Translations under genes and position numbers: made by a program
The notes under the pieces: model-generated
Seen by the model: only the letters and a program-made list of their open reading frames with translations
What the model was told of the DNA's origin: nothing
The model's database searches: none
Assembly (NCBI GenBank): GCA_964016885.1
Contig: OZ024744.1
Span: 35,898,001 to 35,962,000, forward strand
Length of the DNA stretch: 64,000 bases
Reading direction: 5' to 3'
From: Eledone cirrhosa
Lineage: Eukaryota
Part shown: in pieces, positions 1-11,551 of the stretch
Position numbering within the stretch: the stretch's first letter is position 1
Layout of the letters: every line of letters begins with the position of its first letter

Positions 1-416
1 CACACATACAACACACACACAACACACAACATACATATATATATATATATATTCACACACACACGCACATACACTAACCCACACTCTCTCACACACATAC
101 ACACACACGCACATACACTCACATACGCTCTCTCTCATACACACACGCTGTCTCTCTCTCTCACACACACACAACACATGCACAACACACACAACACATA
201 TATATATATACATCTACACACATATATATATATACATCCACATACACACACTCATCCATACACACTCACACACACACACGCACAGACAGACAGACACACA
301 CAGACACAAACGGAAAGAAAGACCTCCCATCTTTTGAAATATAAATATGTTTAGCTTCCAGTGATGATTAAGCATGTCTTTTGAAAATATACGGAAGAAT
401 GTCGACATTAATTACT

Positions 417-600
417 GGTGGATTGGCAGTATCGGTAGAGAGTTAGACACCATGCTTTGAAGCATAGAGTTACGTCCCTTTATGATCTGAGTTCAAATCC
501 CGCCGATGTTAACTTTGCCTTTCACCCTTACGGGGTCGATAAAATAAAGTACCAGTAATACACTGAGAAATTGCTGGCCTTGTGCCAAAAGTAGAAACAA
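417..600 (+). mobile_element. tRNA-derived SINE (octopod-type)
   Basis: A-box-like TGGCAGTATCGG, B-box GAGTTCAAATCC, body TTTGCCTTTCAxCCTTACGGGGTCGATAAAATAAAGTACCAG shared with 6 other copies in the window. Confidence 0.85.
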
Positions 601-1129
601 TTAATTACTGGCATAATGCAGGAGTTGGTTATGTGAGCTTAGCTAACTATTCATGGTTTGGATAAAAGACAGCATTGACTGTAGTAAATTGTTGTTTAGT
701 TGTTTTCTGTAGCAATCTGGGATAAGGTGTGTCGGAGCATCGCATTCATAGATAATAGGTGATAATATTGCTAGTGTTGTTGGTGGTGGTGGTCGGGGTG
801 GTGGTCGTGGTGGTGTTGTTAATCTTGATGTTTTGCCCATGTTTAACCCTGTCGTAGCAAGTTGACCTATCAACAAAGACGTTCCAGGTGTGATACCACG
901 ATTTGTCTCTCTCTTTCTCTCTATATCTATCGAAAAGTACATCATAAAAAGCGTGCACTTTTGAAAAGCTAGTGACAGATACTATATTCTTTGAACATTT
1001 CCAAAATCTAACTGTCACTGCCAGACAATTTCTTTACTGATGAGGCTTAAAAAGGAAAAGAAATGAATGTGGTAATTTCCGTTGGTCTTCCCATTACCGA
1101 TACTACAAGTCCGTCGCAACACCTGACAG

Positions 1130-1490
1130 AAGGAGGTCGGATTTGAACTCAGAACGCATAAATACCTCAAAACATCTTGTTCGGCTCTTTAACTATTCTG
1201 ACCATGGATTTGTACTTTACTTATCGATCCCAAAAATATAAATGTCAAAGTTGACCCAGTTGGGTTTTTGAACTCAAAGCAAAGCAGGTCGGAACAAATA
1301 ATTGTTTCTACTTTTGGCACAAGGACAGCAATCACCCAGTGCATTACTGGTACTTTATTTTATCGACCCCATAAGGAAGAAAGGCAAAGTTAACCTAGGC
1401 GGGATTTGAACTCAGACCGTAAAGGGATACTCTATGCTTCAAAGCATGGTGTCCGAGCCTCTACCGATACTGCCAATCCACCGCCTTAGG
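1130..1490 (-). mobile_element. SINE copies (one near-complete at ~1300-1490, decayed pieces at 1130-1290)
   Basis: Reverse complement of the 417-600 SINE. Confidence 0.8.
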
Positions 1491-1571
1491 AACAAATAAT
1501 GAAATCTAATGATATCAAAACCTATCTACATGTATTAATCGCTTTCCACTAATTTGTAAATATTTACCTCC

Positions 1572-1780
1572 TTCTTGAGCAAAACACTTTATTTCACGTT
1601 GCTCCAGTATACTCAGCTGAAAAAAAAATGAGTACCAACAATAGCTGGGAGTTCAGCCTGCGATGGACTGGCGTCTTGTCCAGGGTGGAGTATTGTACTC
1701 TCAGTCGCTTAATTCCATGGAAACCGGGATAAGCACCAGCCTGATCAGCCTCCGGACACGAGACAGACTTTAGACTTTAG
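1572..1780 (+). mobile_element. 3' part of a second SINE family
   Basis: TTGAGCAAAACACTTTATTTCACGTTGCTCCAG...CTGCGATGGACTGGCGTCTTGTCCAGGG body typical of invertebrate tRNA-SINEs; short (AGACTTT)n tail. Confidence 0.55.
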
Positions 1781-2956
1781 ATTTAAAATGTCGATAACGC
1801 ACAGAATTTCATTATTTGGTTTCTTGTTAAATATTGTAGTTTTATATCTACTTTCGAGAGAAAGTTTCATACACAAAATAATCTGTTTAAAAGATTTCTC
1901 TAAGGTTACATTTTAGTTGTTTACACTCTTCACTTTCTTAGTTATTTGTAGGCCTATTATCATTGTCGGTATTTCGATATTGATGGTCAACGCCACAGCG
2001 AGATATAGCAGTGTTGTGATACGTGGTGTCAAATTTGTTGTCGGCATGGCTGTTTCAAGAAACAGTTTGTGTTGATGGTTGGAGTGGCTACAAGTAAACC
2101 TAATAACATAGTGGTCCGTTGTGACACATGTTGATTGCATACTTGTGGTTAGTTGTAAGGGTTTCACATTATCATTATTGTTTTGAATAATGTTTATGTT
2201 ATTGTTATGCTCTACAAATGTTGCTTGTTGGTGTAATTGTATGACTATGAAATAATTTAATGCTGGATGAAGTTATCCCGTTGTAGCTTCATTCTTATAG
2301 CCCGAAGAGGGATTTGGTGATACAATGCCATTCTACAACATTTAAATAGGTCGTTATTGATTTTGCACCTATCCGCAAAAAAATGTAATTTATAGATTCG
2401 GTTCCTTCTGAAACTACAACTAAAAATATTCTTTTTACCTATCCCTTGTTGTTTTTCTTCGATTTCATGTTCTTGATGTTGAATTCTTTGTATCAAGCCA
2501 TGTTTGTAGCAAATCTTGTGACACGAATTCAATATTTAGACGGATATCTCTACAATTCCGAATAAAATTTAACTTCAATGAATATCATCAGAAGAATATC
2601 TAGTTATTTAATAAGCGTGGTAATTGTGGTATTACTATTGGAAATAGTATTCATCTCATATTTAATGAATAGTCTTCCACGCCATATGTGCGACACGTGG
2701 CCACTTGGTGGCGCCAGGCTTGCGAGTTGGTCATTCATTTCAGCATTTGGTTAGTGGTCAAAATAAGCAATAAAAAATAAAAATAAAATGACTATTAAGA
2801 TTGTGTAAGAATGGAGATAATGAATTCAAAAAGTAATAATTTTGTTAGTATTTCCAGACGACAGTGCTTGACTCCTGTCTCTGTTACCTATCGTTGCATC
2901 ATAGCCATAGTTATGATGGTTCATGCAACTTATATAATAATAATAATAATAATAAT

Positions 2957-3140
2957 GGTTTCTACTTTAGGCACAAGGCCAACAATTTGCGGTGAAACGA
3001 AAGTCGATTAAATAGACCCCAGTGCATTACTGCTGCTTTATTTTATCAACCTCGGCGGCATTTGAACTCAGGACGTAAAGAGCCACAACTAAATGCGGCA
3101 AAACACCCTGGTCGACGCTTTACCGATTCTGCCAATACAC
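2957..3140 (-). mobile_element. SINE copy (decayed)
   Basis: Similarity to the 417-600 SINE on the minus strand. Confidence 0.7.
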
Positions 3141-3169
3141 CACACTTATACTACTACTACTACTACTAT

Positions 3170-3266
<97 letters not shown>

Positions 3267-3267
3267 G

Positions 3268-4992
3268 CTTTCATTATTAACCACAAGGGTTTACACAAAG
3301 TAGACATTAAGGACAGTACAGGACAGTACAGGACGGAACAGGACGGAACAGGACGGTACAAATGGGCATTTCTGCGTGTAAAAAAAACCCCAAAAAACAG
3401 AGGATGTAACAAAAAAAGAAACAATGAAAAATTCCTCAATAGAGGGGAGACTTCCGAGGGCCATCGTGGAGAAAGCCCATTAAAAAAAGCCACGGTGACC
3501 CTGACCACCAGGGCAAGTGTCCTCTCCCAGTTTTCCACCTTCAATTTACAGGCATATTCTCAGAGTAGGCCCATTCACTCGGGCCATTCTTGCCTCTCTC
3601 ACCCATCTTTCAACAAAAAGCTGGGAAGAGAGCACCTCCCTCTCTACCCTGATTTTCCTTTTCAAATGAAATTTGAAAAAGTTAATCAGGGCATCACCGA
3701 AGAGGTAAGTGCTCGTCTTCAGCCCTTTTCGACGTGTCCACCATACTATCTCTTTCGCCATGACCACCAGACAGATAAAAACTGCCTACCCTTCCCGGCT
3801 AAAGGAAGAGGGCGGGGCAATCCTCACGATGGACTCAGCTGATAGCCCGATCCGTTCTACACGTGACAGAAGGTGTTCGACATAAACCCACAATCAGCAA
3901 TGCTCGGACACTGGACGAGTGCATGCAGGACGGTTTCTTCGCCCTGCGAGAATCTCGGACAGGCCCGGCCGACGGCACTTCGGTGACATCGTCTGCATAT
4001 GCTGACACGGTTCTTCCGCATCCCAGTACGCACGGGACCGCCCTCAGCGTCTCCAGTTTGTGCAGTAATGGCTCGAGAGTCAATACGTACTACAGGGATG
4101 AGAGGGGACATCCTTGGCGGACCGAGCGCATAATGTTGAACGGTTCAGAAATGTGACCGTTCACTCTCACCACAGAGATGTCACTGTACATGGCAGCGAT
4201 CCAGCCACTGAAGACAGCCCAAAGCCAGCCGCCCTCAGATAACGATGGTCGACCCTATCGAAAGCTTTCGATTGATCTAAATTGATCAAGGACCCACCCG
4301 TGCCAGGTTCTCTAGCTACCCTCTCTTCGATGTACCGCATGAGTTGGGGTTGTCGTGGATGGATCTGTCTGGAATGGCACATGTCTGCGCCTCTCCTACC
4401 AGACCACTGACCACAAGCTCCAACCTCTTTGAACTCTGTGTTTAGTAGAGTTATGTGTCTGAAATTATCTATGTTATCCCCCTTGTTCGGGTCCTTTCTC
4501 AGCAGCATCAACGCTCCTCAGCTCACAGAGCTGAGAATTCTCCCGTTCTGATGGCCGTTGCAGTAGACGTCCGCCAAGAGGTCACCGATTAAGTCTGGCA
4601 TGTCTACGTAAAGACCATCCAAACCAGCTGATTTACCCATTGTGCAGCTAGTCATTGCTTCGCGTACTTCAGTAGCTGTTATCGGTCTTTCGCAACGCTC
4701 CGCCTCTGTGACCGAGAGCCGCGGCAGTCCGTCAAGGTAGGCACTAAAATCTATCCCGCCATCCGGCCCGTCACCGCCCCCGAACAGCTGAGTGAAGTGT
4801 CGCTGAAAAGCTGGATCGAGTAACATGCGTCATTCATGGTCCTCCAAAGACCGGATCGTGGCTTTGTTGTCTCGACGCGCACACGCCACTCGGGTCCATG
4901 GAACGGCTTTCGTTCCCTCGTGCCTGAGAGCATGTGCCGTAGCTCTGACAACGCAGCCTTCGTGCTTTGCGTTGAAAAATTGGTCGATGCCA
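3268..4992 (-). mobile_element. Tx1/L1-clade LINE ORF2 remnant (RT + C-terminal zinc-binding domain), deleted and frameshifted
   Basis: ORF fragments NFRHITLLNTEFK, LINLDQSKAFDRVDHRYL, SAYADDVT, EIVWWTRRKG; homologous to 60347-62364. Confidence 0.9.
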
Positions 4993-5188
4993 ATTTCTAG
5001 TTATTCCTCTGCTTTATTTTTGAAACAGTAGACCACCTAGTTTCTGGATGTAAAGTTTTAGCCTCAGTACAGTACAAATATAAACATGACAGTGTTGGCC
5101 AATATCTACACTGGGTAATATGTCGGCATATTCTCAGGGTGGTAATTGTACCACTTGCCACAGCTTTGATTTTTATATATATATATAT

Positions 5189-5695
<507 letters not shown>

Positions 5696-5718
5696 AAATT
5701 TTTAGTATATATATATAC

Positions 5719-6257
5719 GTAAAGTCAATTTTTAAAAATTTATTTTGAAACTTTTTCATTATTTGCTAAACCTGATTATATGTTCTGGCTCGTTAATTTA
5801 TTAACCTGCCATTGAACCACATTGGCATATGGTTGGACAATACATGTGTCCCTTAGCGCTTTGTGCGTGTAGGAACACATATCCTATTATTACTATCCTC
5901 CTCTATGTTGAGAAAAAATTTGGTCGTTCCGACTGCTGCTAGTGATAGTGGTGGCCGATTGACCTACCTCCCTCTGCCTCTATCTTTACTTTCGGCCCTT
6001 GAAAAAATTGATTCCACTTCATTTACTCTCATCTCGGGAACAGTTTTGGATAGCGCTAGTTCGTAATTTAAATTCAAGAATTTTATATTCTTCGAATGAA
6101 AAGAACCTTCTGACGAGAATCTTTCTTTGCAACGAAGGCCGTATGGTCTCCGTTTATTTTTGAGATTCGAAACCGACTCGGTAAAGGTAACTATAGTAAG
6201 TAAAGTCAATTTTTTAAAATTTATTTTGAAACTTTTTCATTATTTGCTAAACCTGAT

Positions 6258-6261
<4 letters not shown>
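5719..6261 (+). mobile_element. Retrozyme-like unit (481 bp period, ~62 bp terminal direct repeat)
   Basis: 5719-5781 repeated at 6200-6261; contains HHR; flanked by (TA)n. Confidence 0.7.
6105..6188 (+). ncRNA. Type I hammerhead ribozyme (canonical core)
   Basis: acctt-CTGACGA-gaatct...agattc-GAAA-CCG act CGG-TA-aaggt: all three stems pair, GUA cleavage triplet at 6181-6183. Confidence 0.9.
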
Positions 6262-6352
<91 letters not shown>

Positions 6353-6874
6353 TTACTCCTAACTTTACGTTCTGTTTCGGTGTATAAATTATCCCGTTAT
6401 TTTATTTCACCCTCACTTGCATTTATAATAGATTTTGATTTTAATTTCAGATCTTACATCCATCTTAAAGATTTCTATCTTCAGACGCCTCTCATAGAAT
6501 CGTCTGACTTCGTGACACCTTGGGTAGTGGAGTAATTATATTGTATTGTTTATTACATAATTAAATATATTTATTTTATTATTACATTTTTTAAATATAT
6601 ATATATAAATATATATGTACATGTATATATATATACATATATATACATACACATACATTTACATACACACATACACATATATACATACACATATGCACAC
6701 ATATACATATATACACGCATATATATATATATACACATACACATGTACACATATATACTCGCATAAACATACACATACATACACACATATACACATTCAC
6801 ACTCATACGCACATACACACACAGAGATGCACACATTTATATTTATATATATAAATAAAAACTATCCATGCACG

Positions 6875-6931
<57 letters not shown>

Positions 6932-7091
6932 GGAGGGACATCATTCTCACAGAGATAGTGCTCTACTCACACACAAACATACACACACACACACGCACAC
7001 ACATACTCATCCATACAAGTAGGGATATCAATCTTACAGAGACAGTGCTCTTCTCAATACGTGTGCAGTACCGGTCAAAACAATTTTCAAT

Positions 7092-7838
7092 AAATTCAGC
7101 GAGAATCGCATTTCGGCGGGTAGAAAATGCGAAACGTAATAAAATTACGAGTCATGCTGGCAAGCGCTCCATGGGCCAAAAAAGACCAGAGCAATAAACA
7201 TAGGTTATAAAGGCCATACAAACTGAGATGGCGGTCAAGAAGCCAATAACCACCTAAGCCAAAAAACAAGTCAAGCTAAACAGGTCAGACAAAATAAATG
7301 ATATATTGATATATATATATATAAATGTACATATATGTATATATATAACAAACCTGGAACCTTGGAATTGATGGTAAAATCCAGTACAGGGTTTCAGTGA
7401 CACCTAAATCAATAATACTGTCTGCTTAAAACAATAAGCATTTGGTATAATGATCGAACGAGGAATATCACGTTATCAACAGGTATTCTTTTCTGCGCCA
7501 GTGTTGTGGCTGACACAGTGTTTTGTAAAAGCACATGCGTAACTCACAGGGGAAAAACCCCAGATTTTGGCAAATGAATTCAGTATGTGTAAATCCATGC
7601 AAAAAATTGCATAAATAGCACAAATCGAATAAGCACTCAACCGGGTAGTTTTTAAAATAAACCTATGCAATTAATCTGTCAATAGAATTATTAACAGGTT
7701 AATTGTAAGACTCGGGAGATTAATACAAGTATAAATTCAGCGAGAATCGCATTTCGGTGGGTAGAAAAATCGAAACGTAACGCAAATTCCGAGTTATGTT
7801 GGCAAGCGCTCCATAGGCTAAAAAAGACCAGAGCAATA
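7092..7838 (-). mobile_element. ~640 bp repeat family with decayed extended HHR; 1.2 tandem units
   Basis: Unit start AAATTCAGCGAGAATCGCATTTCGG recurs at ~7733; homologs at 18111-18928 and 28075-28690. Confidence 0.7.
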
Positions 7839-7913
7839 ATATATGTATCTATATATAAAATATTTAAGTCAAATATGTAAAATTTGGTTTCGTTTATTAC
7901 AAATTATAGATAT

Positions 7914-7968
7914 ACTGCTATATATTTTTCAATGACAGCCATCATTGGCTGTGACCTCTTCAGACAGT
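7914..7968 (-). ncRNA. Hammerhead motif, decayed stem III
   Basis: Minus strand: actgt-CTGAAGA-ggtc acagcca atga tggctgt catt-GAAA-aatata-TA-gcagt. Confidence 0.5.
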
Positions 7969-8688
7969 CCGAATTGGTGTGGGAAGGACAGGTACACATG
8001 TTGTTGAAGTGTGTTTTACTCCGTCAATCCATCGATATGTCCAGCTCTTGGTAGTGTTGTCATTTCTCTTAGGCACTGGAATTATATGAGTTACAAAACG
8101 AATTTCGGCGTCATAGGACACGCTCGCATCCCATTGGTTAGTTGTGAGAACATTCCTCAGTCAAAAGTCTATAGAGATTTTTCTGAGGCAAGACAATCTG
8201 TTGTATTAGTTTTTGTTTAGGTACAATTGACCTCCTCCATTGTTTTGGTAGTGGTAGTGGTGTTAAGGGGTCAGCTGGCAGGTCAGTTTTAGTTTGCTGC
8301 TGCTATATTCAGAGGAATTTGTGTGTAGGTTGACATCGATCCTGCCACCATTTCACGTGGTGGGGGGTGCCAAACAAATAAAAAATAAAAAATGCGTGTG
8401 TGTTACAACTAATATCAAAATTTGAAAGATTTGAAAAACATTAACTGAAGTAGAAAACCTGTGTCAGAATCGAGAAGTGTAAAGAATTACAATTCTTACA
8501 CTATCATCGAGTGGTGCCTTTTAAGAGCAAATGAGATAAAAGTGGAGTGTAAAACACCAAAAAACCTGAGTGTCAAAATCCAGAAATGCACAGGACTACA
8601 GTTCCTATTTCGGCATAAAGTACATGTGTGTATGTCAACGCACATCGTTGCAAGCACACGCGCTCAAACAGAGGCTCAGGTGCATTCC

Positions 8689-8730
<42 letters not shown>

Positions 8731-9319
8731 CGGCGATGAATTAGTTTTGCGAGGTTTTTTATATGAAATCGTGTGTCGAAACAGATATTGTTATATTTGG
8801 GGTGGGTCATATTTGCGTAATATTGCCAGAATTAATAACAGAACACACTCACTGTTTGGTTGGTTTTCGCTTCTCGCTGTCTTTTATATATATATATCTG
8901 CGATCTAACTTACTCGGTCCTCAATGTTGCCATTGACTGACCGGCGGTCAAAAATAATACAGATACAATATAGACAAACACATATATATATAGTTTACAT
9001 AATTTACATAAATCTTTCGTTGCACATCTGCAACATCGTCAGTGGTGTTATATTCATTGTTCCTCCTGTTGTGTTGTATGTCTACGCCATTTTTTTTTGT
9101 TCAGTCTGTCTATATATTTATTTATTTATTTGCTTGTTTGTTTATCTTATTTTATTTTGTCTTCTTTGCGCATGCGTTTGCGTGTGTGTATAGTGTTATG
9201 TGTGATGTGTGACTAGTGTGTATAGTGTTGTGTCTGCTGGGTGACTAGTGTGTGTTTATGTGCTTGTGTATGTATTTATTTATCTTATTTTATTTATTTT
9301 ATTTAATTTACTTATTTAT

Positions 9320-11551
9320 TTATACTTCTCTTAGGTCAGTGTTGTTTGTTTGGGTGTTGTTGTTGTTCCACTCATTCTTTCTGTTTAGCTTTGGTCTTCT
9401 AATTTCTATTTCACTGGCCTCTCTGATTTGCCTATCTGCTGGGTCATTCCTATGTTTAGATATTATTCTAATTTCTATGTTGTCTATGTTACCGTCATGT
9501 TGTTGTCTAGCATGTTCGTATAGTACTGACCCGTTTTTTCGTCCTTTTAGTTCCCCCCAGTGTTGGTCTATCCTTTCACCTATGCTACGAGCTGTCTCAC
9601 CTATGTATGTTGTTGTCGTGTTTCTGCAAGTACCCTCTGTACATCTTATGCTATAGACTACGTTTCTAGTTTTACAGTTTATCCGGGGGTTCACCTTACA
9701 TATGATACATTTCCTATTGGTACAGTGGGTTTTCTTAAAAGGGTAGGTTTTGCTGATCAGGGATTTTATGGTGGTTCCTGGCTTTTCTACCACCTTTATT
9801 TTTAAGTGGGTCTTTCTCAGGGCCTTTCTACACTGGTTAGCTAATTTCCCTCCAGGGGTGGCGTCCACAAACATGACACTCTGATATCTCTGGTTGTCGT
9901 ACCATGATGTGGCTTTCCCTATCTTATGTCTAGCCCTATCTAAGCTATTCCATGATTTGCTCCTGTATAGTGGGCAAATTCCTTTCATGTCCAGTTCTAT
10001 GAGGGTCTTATACTTTTCCATGGCTCCTTCGTTTACTCTGACTCTGTCTCTTTGGTTGTAGCCAGAGAACTGCATGCGGTTGATGAAGTGTTGGATGTGT
10101 CCTTCCATTTCTGTTGGGTCGCACATGCTGGACACATTCTTCATCACTCGTACCAAATCTGCGATCAGAATATTAAACTTAGCACTACTGGACATTGCTG
10201 AGTTTTTGAGTATCAGGTATTTGGAGGCCATGGGTTTAGCATAGTGTGAGTGGAGAATTTGGGCTCTCTCGTCTATAGTGTTAATCCAGAGTTCTGTGTC
10301 TAATACAGGTAGTCTATTGTTAGGGTGTTTGGAAGGGAAGTCTATAGTTACAGTTATACTCTGGTGTATGGAATTAGCTATCTGCTGGATGCTTTCCATC
10401 GTGCTACGTTCTAAATCAAACTTGTTAGTGCTCTCTAGTGGGGGTGTTCTTATAACTATATTGATATCGTCTACATAACGAGAGTACATGATGAGGTCTA
10501 TGGAGCTTTCATTAAGGAGGAGATCTTTAAGTCTCCTTTCCCACCATACCATGAAAAGGTTGGCAACATCACCAGCTATGCTGACGCCGATGGCTGCTCC
10601 CTCATTTTGGGTGTAGATTTTCTCATTGAACTTAAATATGTGGCCCTTTAGGGTAGTTTTGATACTAGCCCCTATTGCATGTGCGACCATTTTTCTTACC
10701 TGATCAGTGTTTTGGGGGGTCCGTATAGCTTTGGTCCACCCAATCCACCTTCCTATGGGAGTCTTTTTAGCCATTGAGGTTATGGTGGGGGGTCTACCTC
10801 TTATAGGTCTACTAGGGCAGAAACATCTAAGGTCATGGCTGTCTAGGTAGTCAGTGTCGTAGGTAAGTCTAAGTAGGAGGCCCAGTTCGTCTGTGTCGAC
10901 GTCGCAGAACTCCACCTCACTCTCAATGACCATCTCCACACATCTTTTCACAGCAAAATCAATGTTAATGGATGGGTACAGTGACACCACATCCATGCTG
11001 CCTATTATGCAGTTGGATAGGCTCCTGTTTTTGTTGCACTCACTGATTCTGCTGAGGAGGTCCTCTGTACTTTCACATACATCTGGGGACATCTTGATTA
11101 TGGGGCGTATAACCATTGAGAGGAAGTAGGAGATCCTGTAGTTGCTAGCTATATTAGCTCCGCATACGGGTCTTGTTGGTGGTCCTGTTGTCGGGTCGTC
11201 GACTGTCTTGTGGTCTTTGCGGAGCCCATACAAGGGTGGTATGCCATTGTTAGACGCCTGGAAGTTGTTGGCAGTGCGTCTGCTTGGCTTTAGGATGTCA
11301 GTCCACATCATCATGTGAGCGTTGAGGATTTTTTCTCTCCCATCGTGTGTTAGATGTGCAACTTCGCTCGTGTTGGTGATGTGGGGTTGCATTGCCTCGA
11401 TGTAGTTCGGCATGCTATCTATTGACATCCTACCAGACTTATCTGTGGGTAGACACACTACCTCACCATCCCTTGTGCGCTGCTTGAGGCTAACCAAGCC
11501 TTCTACAGGTTTTATCCCAAGTTGTTGGGCCTCTGGTCTGCTCTGTCTCAT
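9320..11551 (-). CDS. PLE reverse transcriptase + GIY-YIG endonuclease, 5'-truncated, uninterrupted frame (left arm)
   Basis: TDKSG, PPLYGLRKDHK, RPV, SMDVVSLYPSI, QNEGAAIG, RYVDD, CxxxxCxxC linker, VVYSIRC...YIGET; residues upstream of M at 11551 are junction read-through. Confidence 0.92.
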   Translation of the reverse strand: MRQSRPEAQQLGIKPVEGLVSLKQRTRDGEVVCLPTDKSGRMSIDSMPNYIEAMQPHITNTSEVAHLTHDGREKILNAHMMMWTDILKPSRRTANNFQASNNGIPPLYGLRKDHKTVDDPTTGPPTRPVCGANIASNYRISYFLSMVIRPIIKMSPDVCESTEDLLSRISECNKNRSLSNCIIGSMDVVSLYPSINIDFAVKRCVEMVIESEVEFCDVDTDELGLLLRLTYDTDYLDSHDLRCFCPSRPIRGRPPTITSMAKKTPIGRWIGWTKAIRTPQNTDQVRKMVAHAIGASIKTTLKGHIFKFNEKIYTQNEGAAIGVSIAGDVANLFMVWWERRLKDLLLNESSIDLIMYSRYVDDINIVIRTPPLESTNKFDLERSTMESIQQIANSIHQSITVTIDFPSKHPNNRLPVLDTELWINTIDERAQILHSHYAKPMASKYLILKNSAMSSSAKFNILIADLVRVMKNVSSMCDPTEMEGHIQHFINRMQFSGYNQRDRVRVNEGAMEKYKTLIELDMKGICPLYRSKSWNSLDRARHKIGKATSWYDNQRYQSVMFVDATPGGKLANQCRKALRKTHLKIKVVEKPGTTIKSLISKTYPFKKTHCTNRKCIICKVNPRINCKTRNVVYSIRCTEGTCRNTTTTYIGETARSIGERIDQHWGELKGRKNGSVLYEHARQQHDGNIDNIEIRIISKHRNDPADRQIREASEIEIRRPKLNRKNEWNNNNTQTNNTDLREV

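Noticed and set aside
11412-11549. N-terminus of the 874 aa ORF (and 11552-11602 of the 760 aa ORF)
   Set aside because: Chance read-through across the inversion junction.
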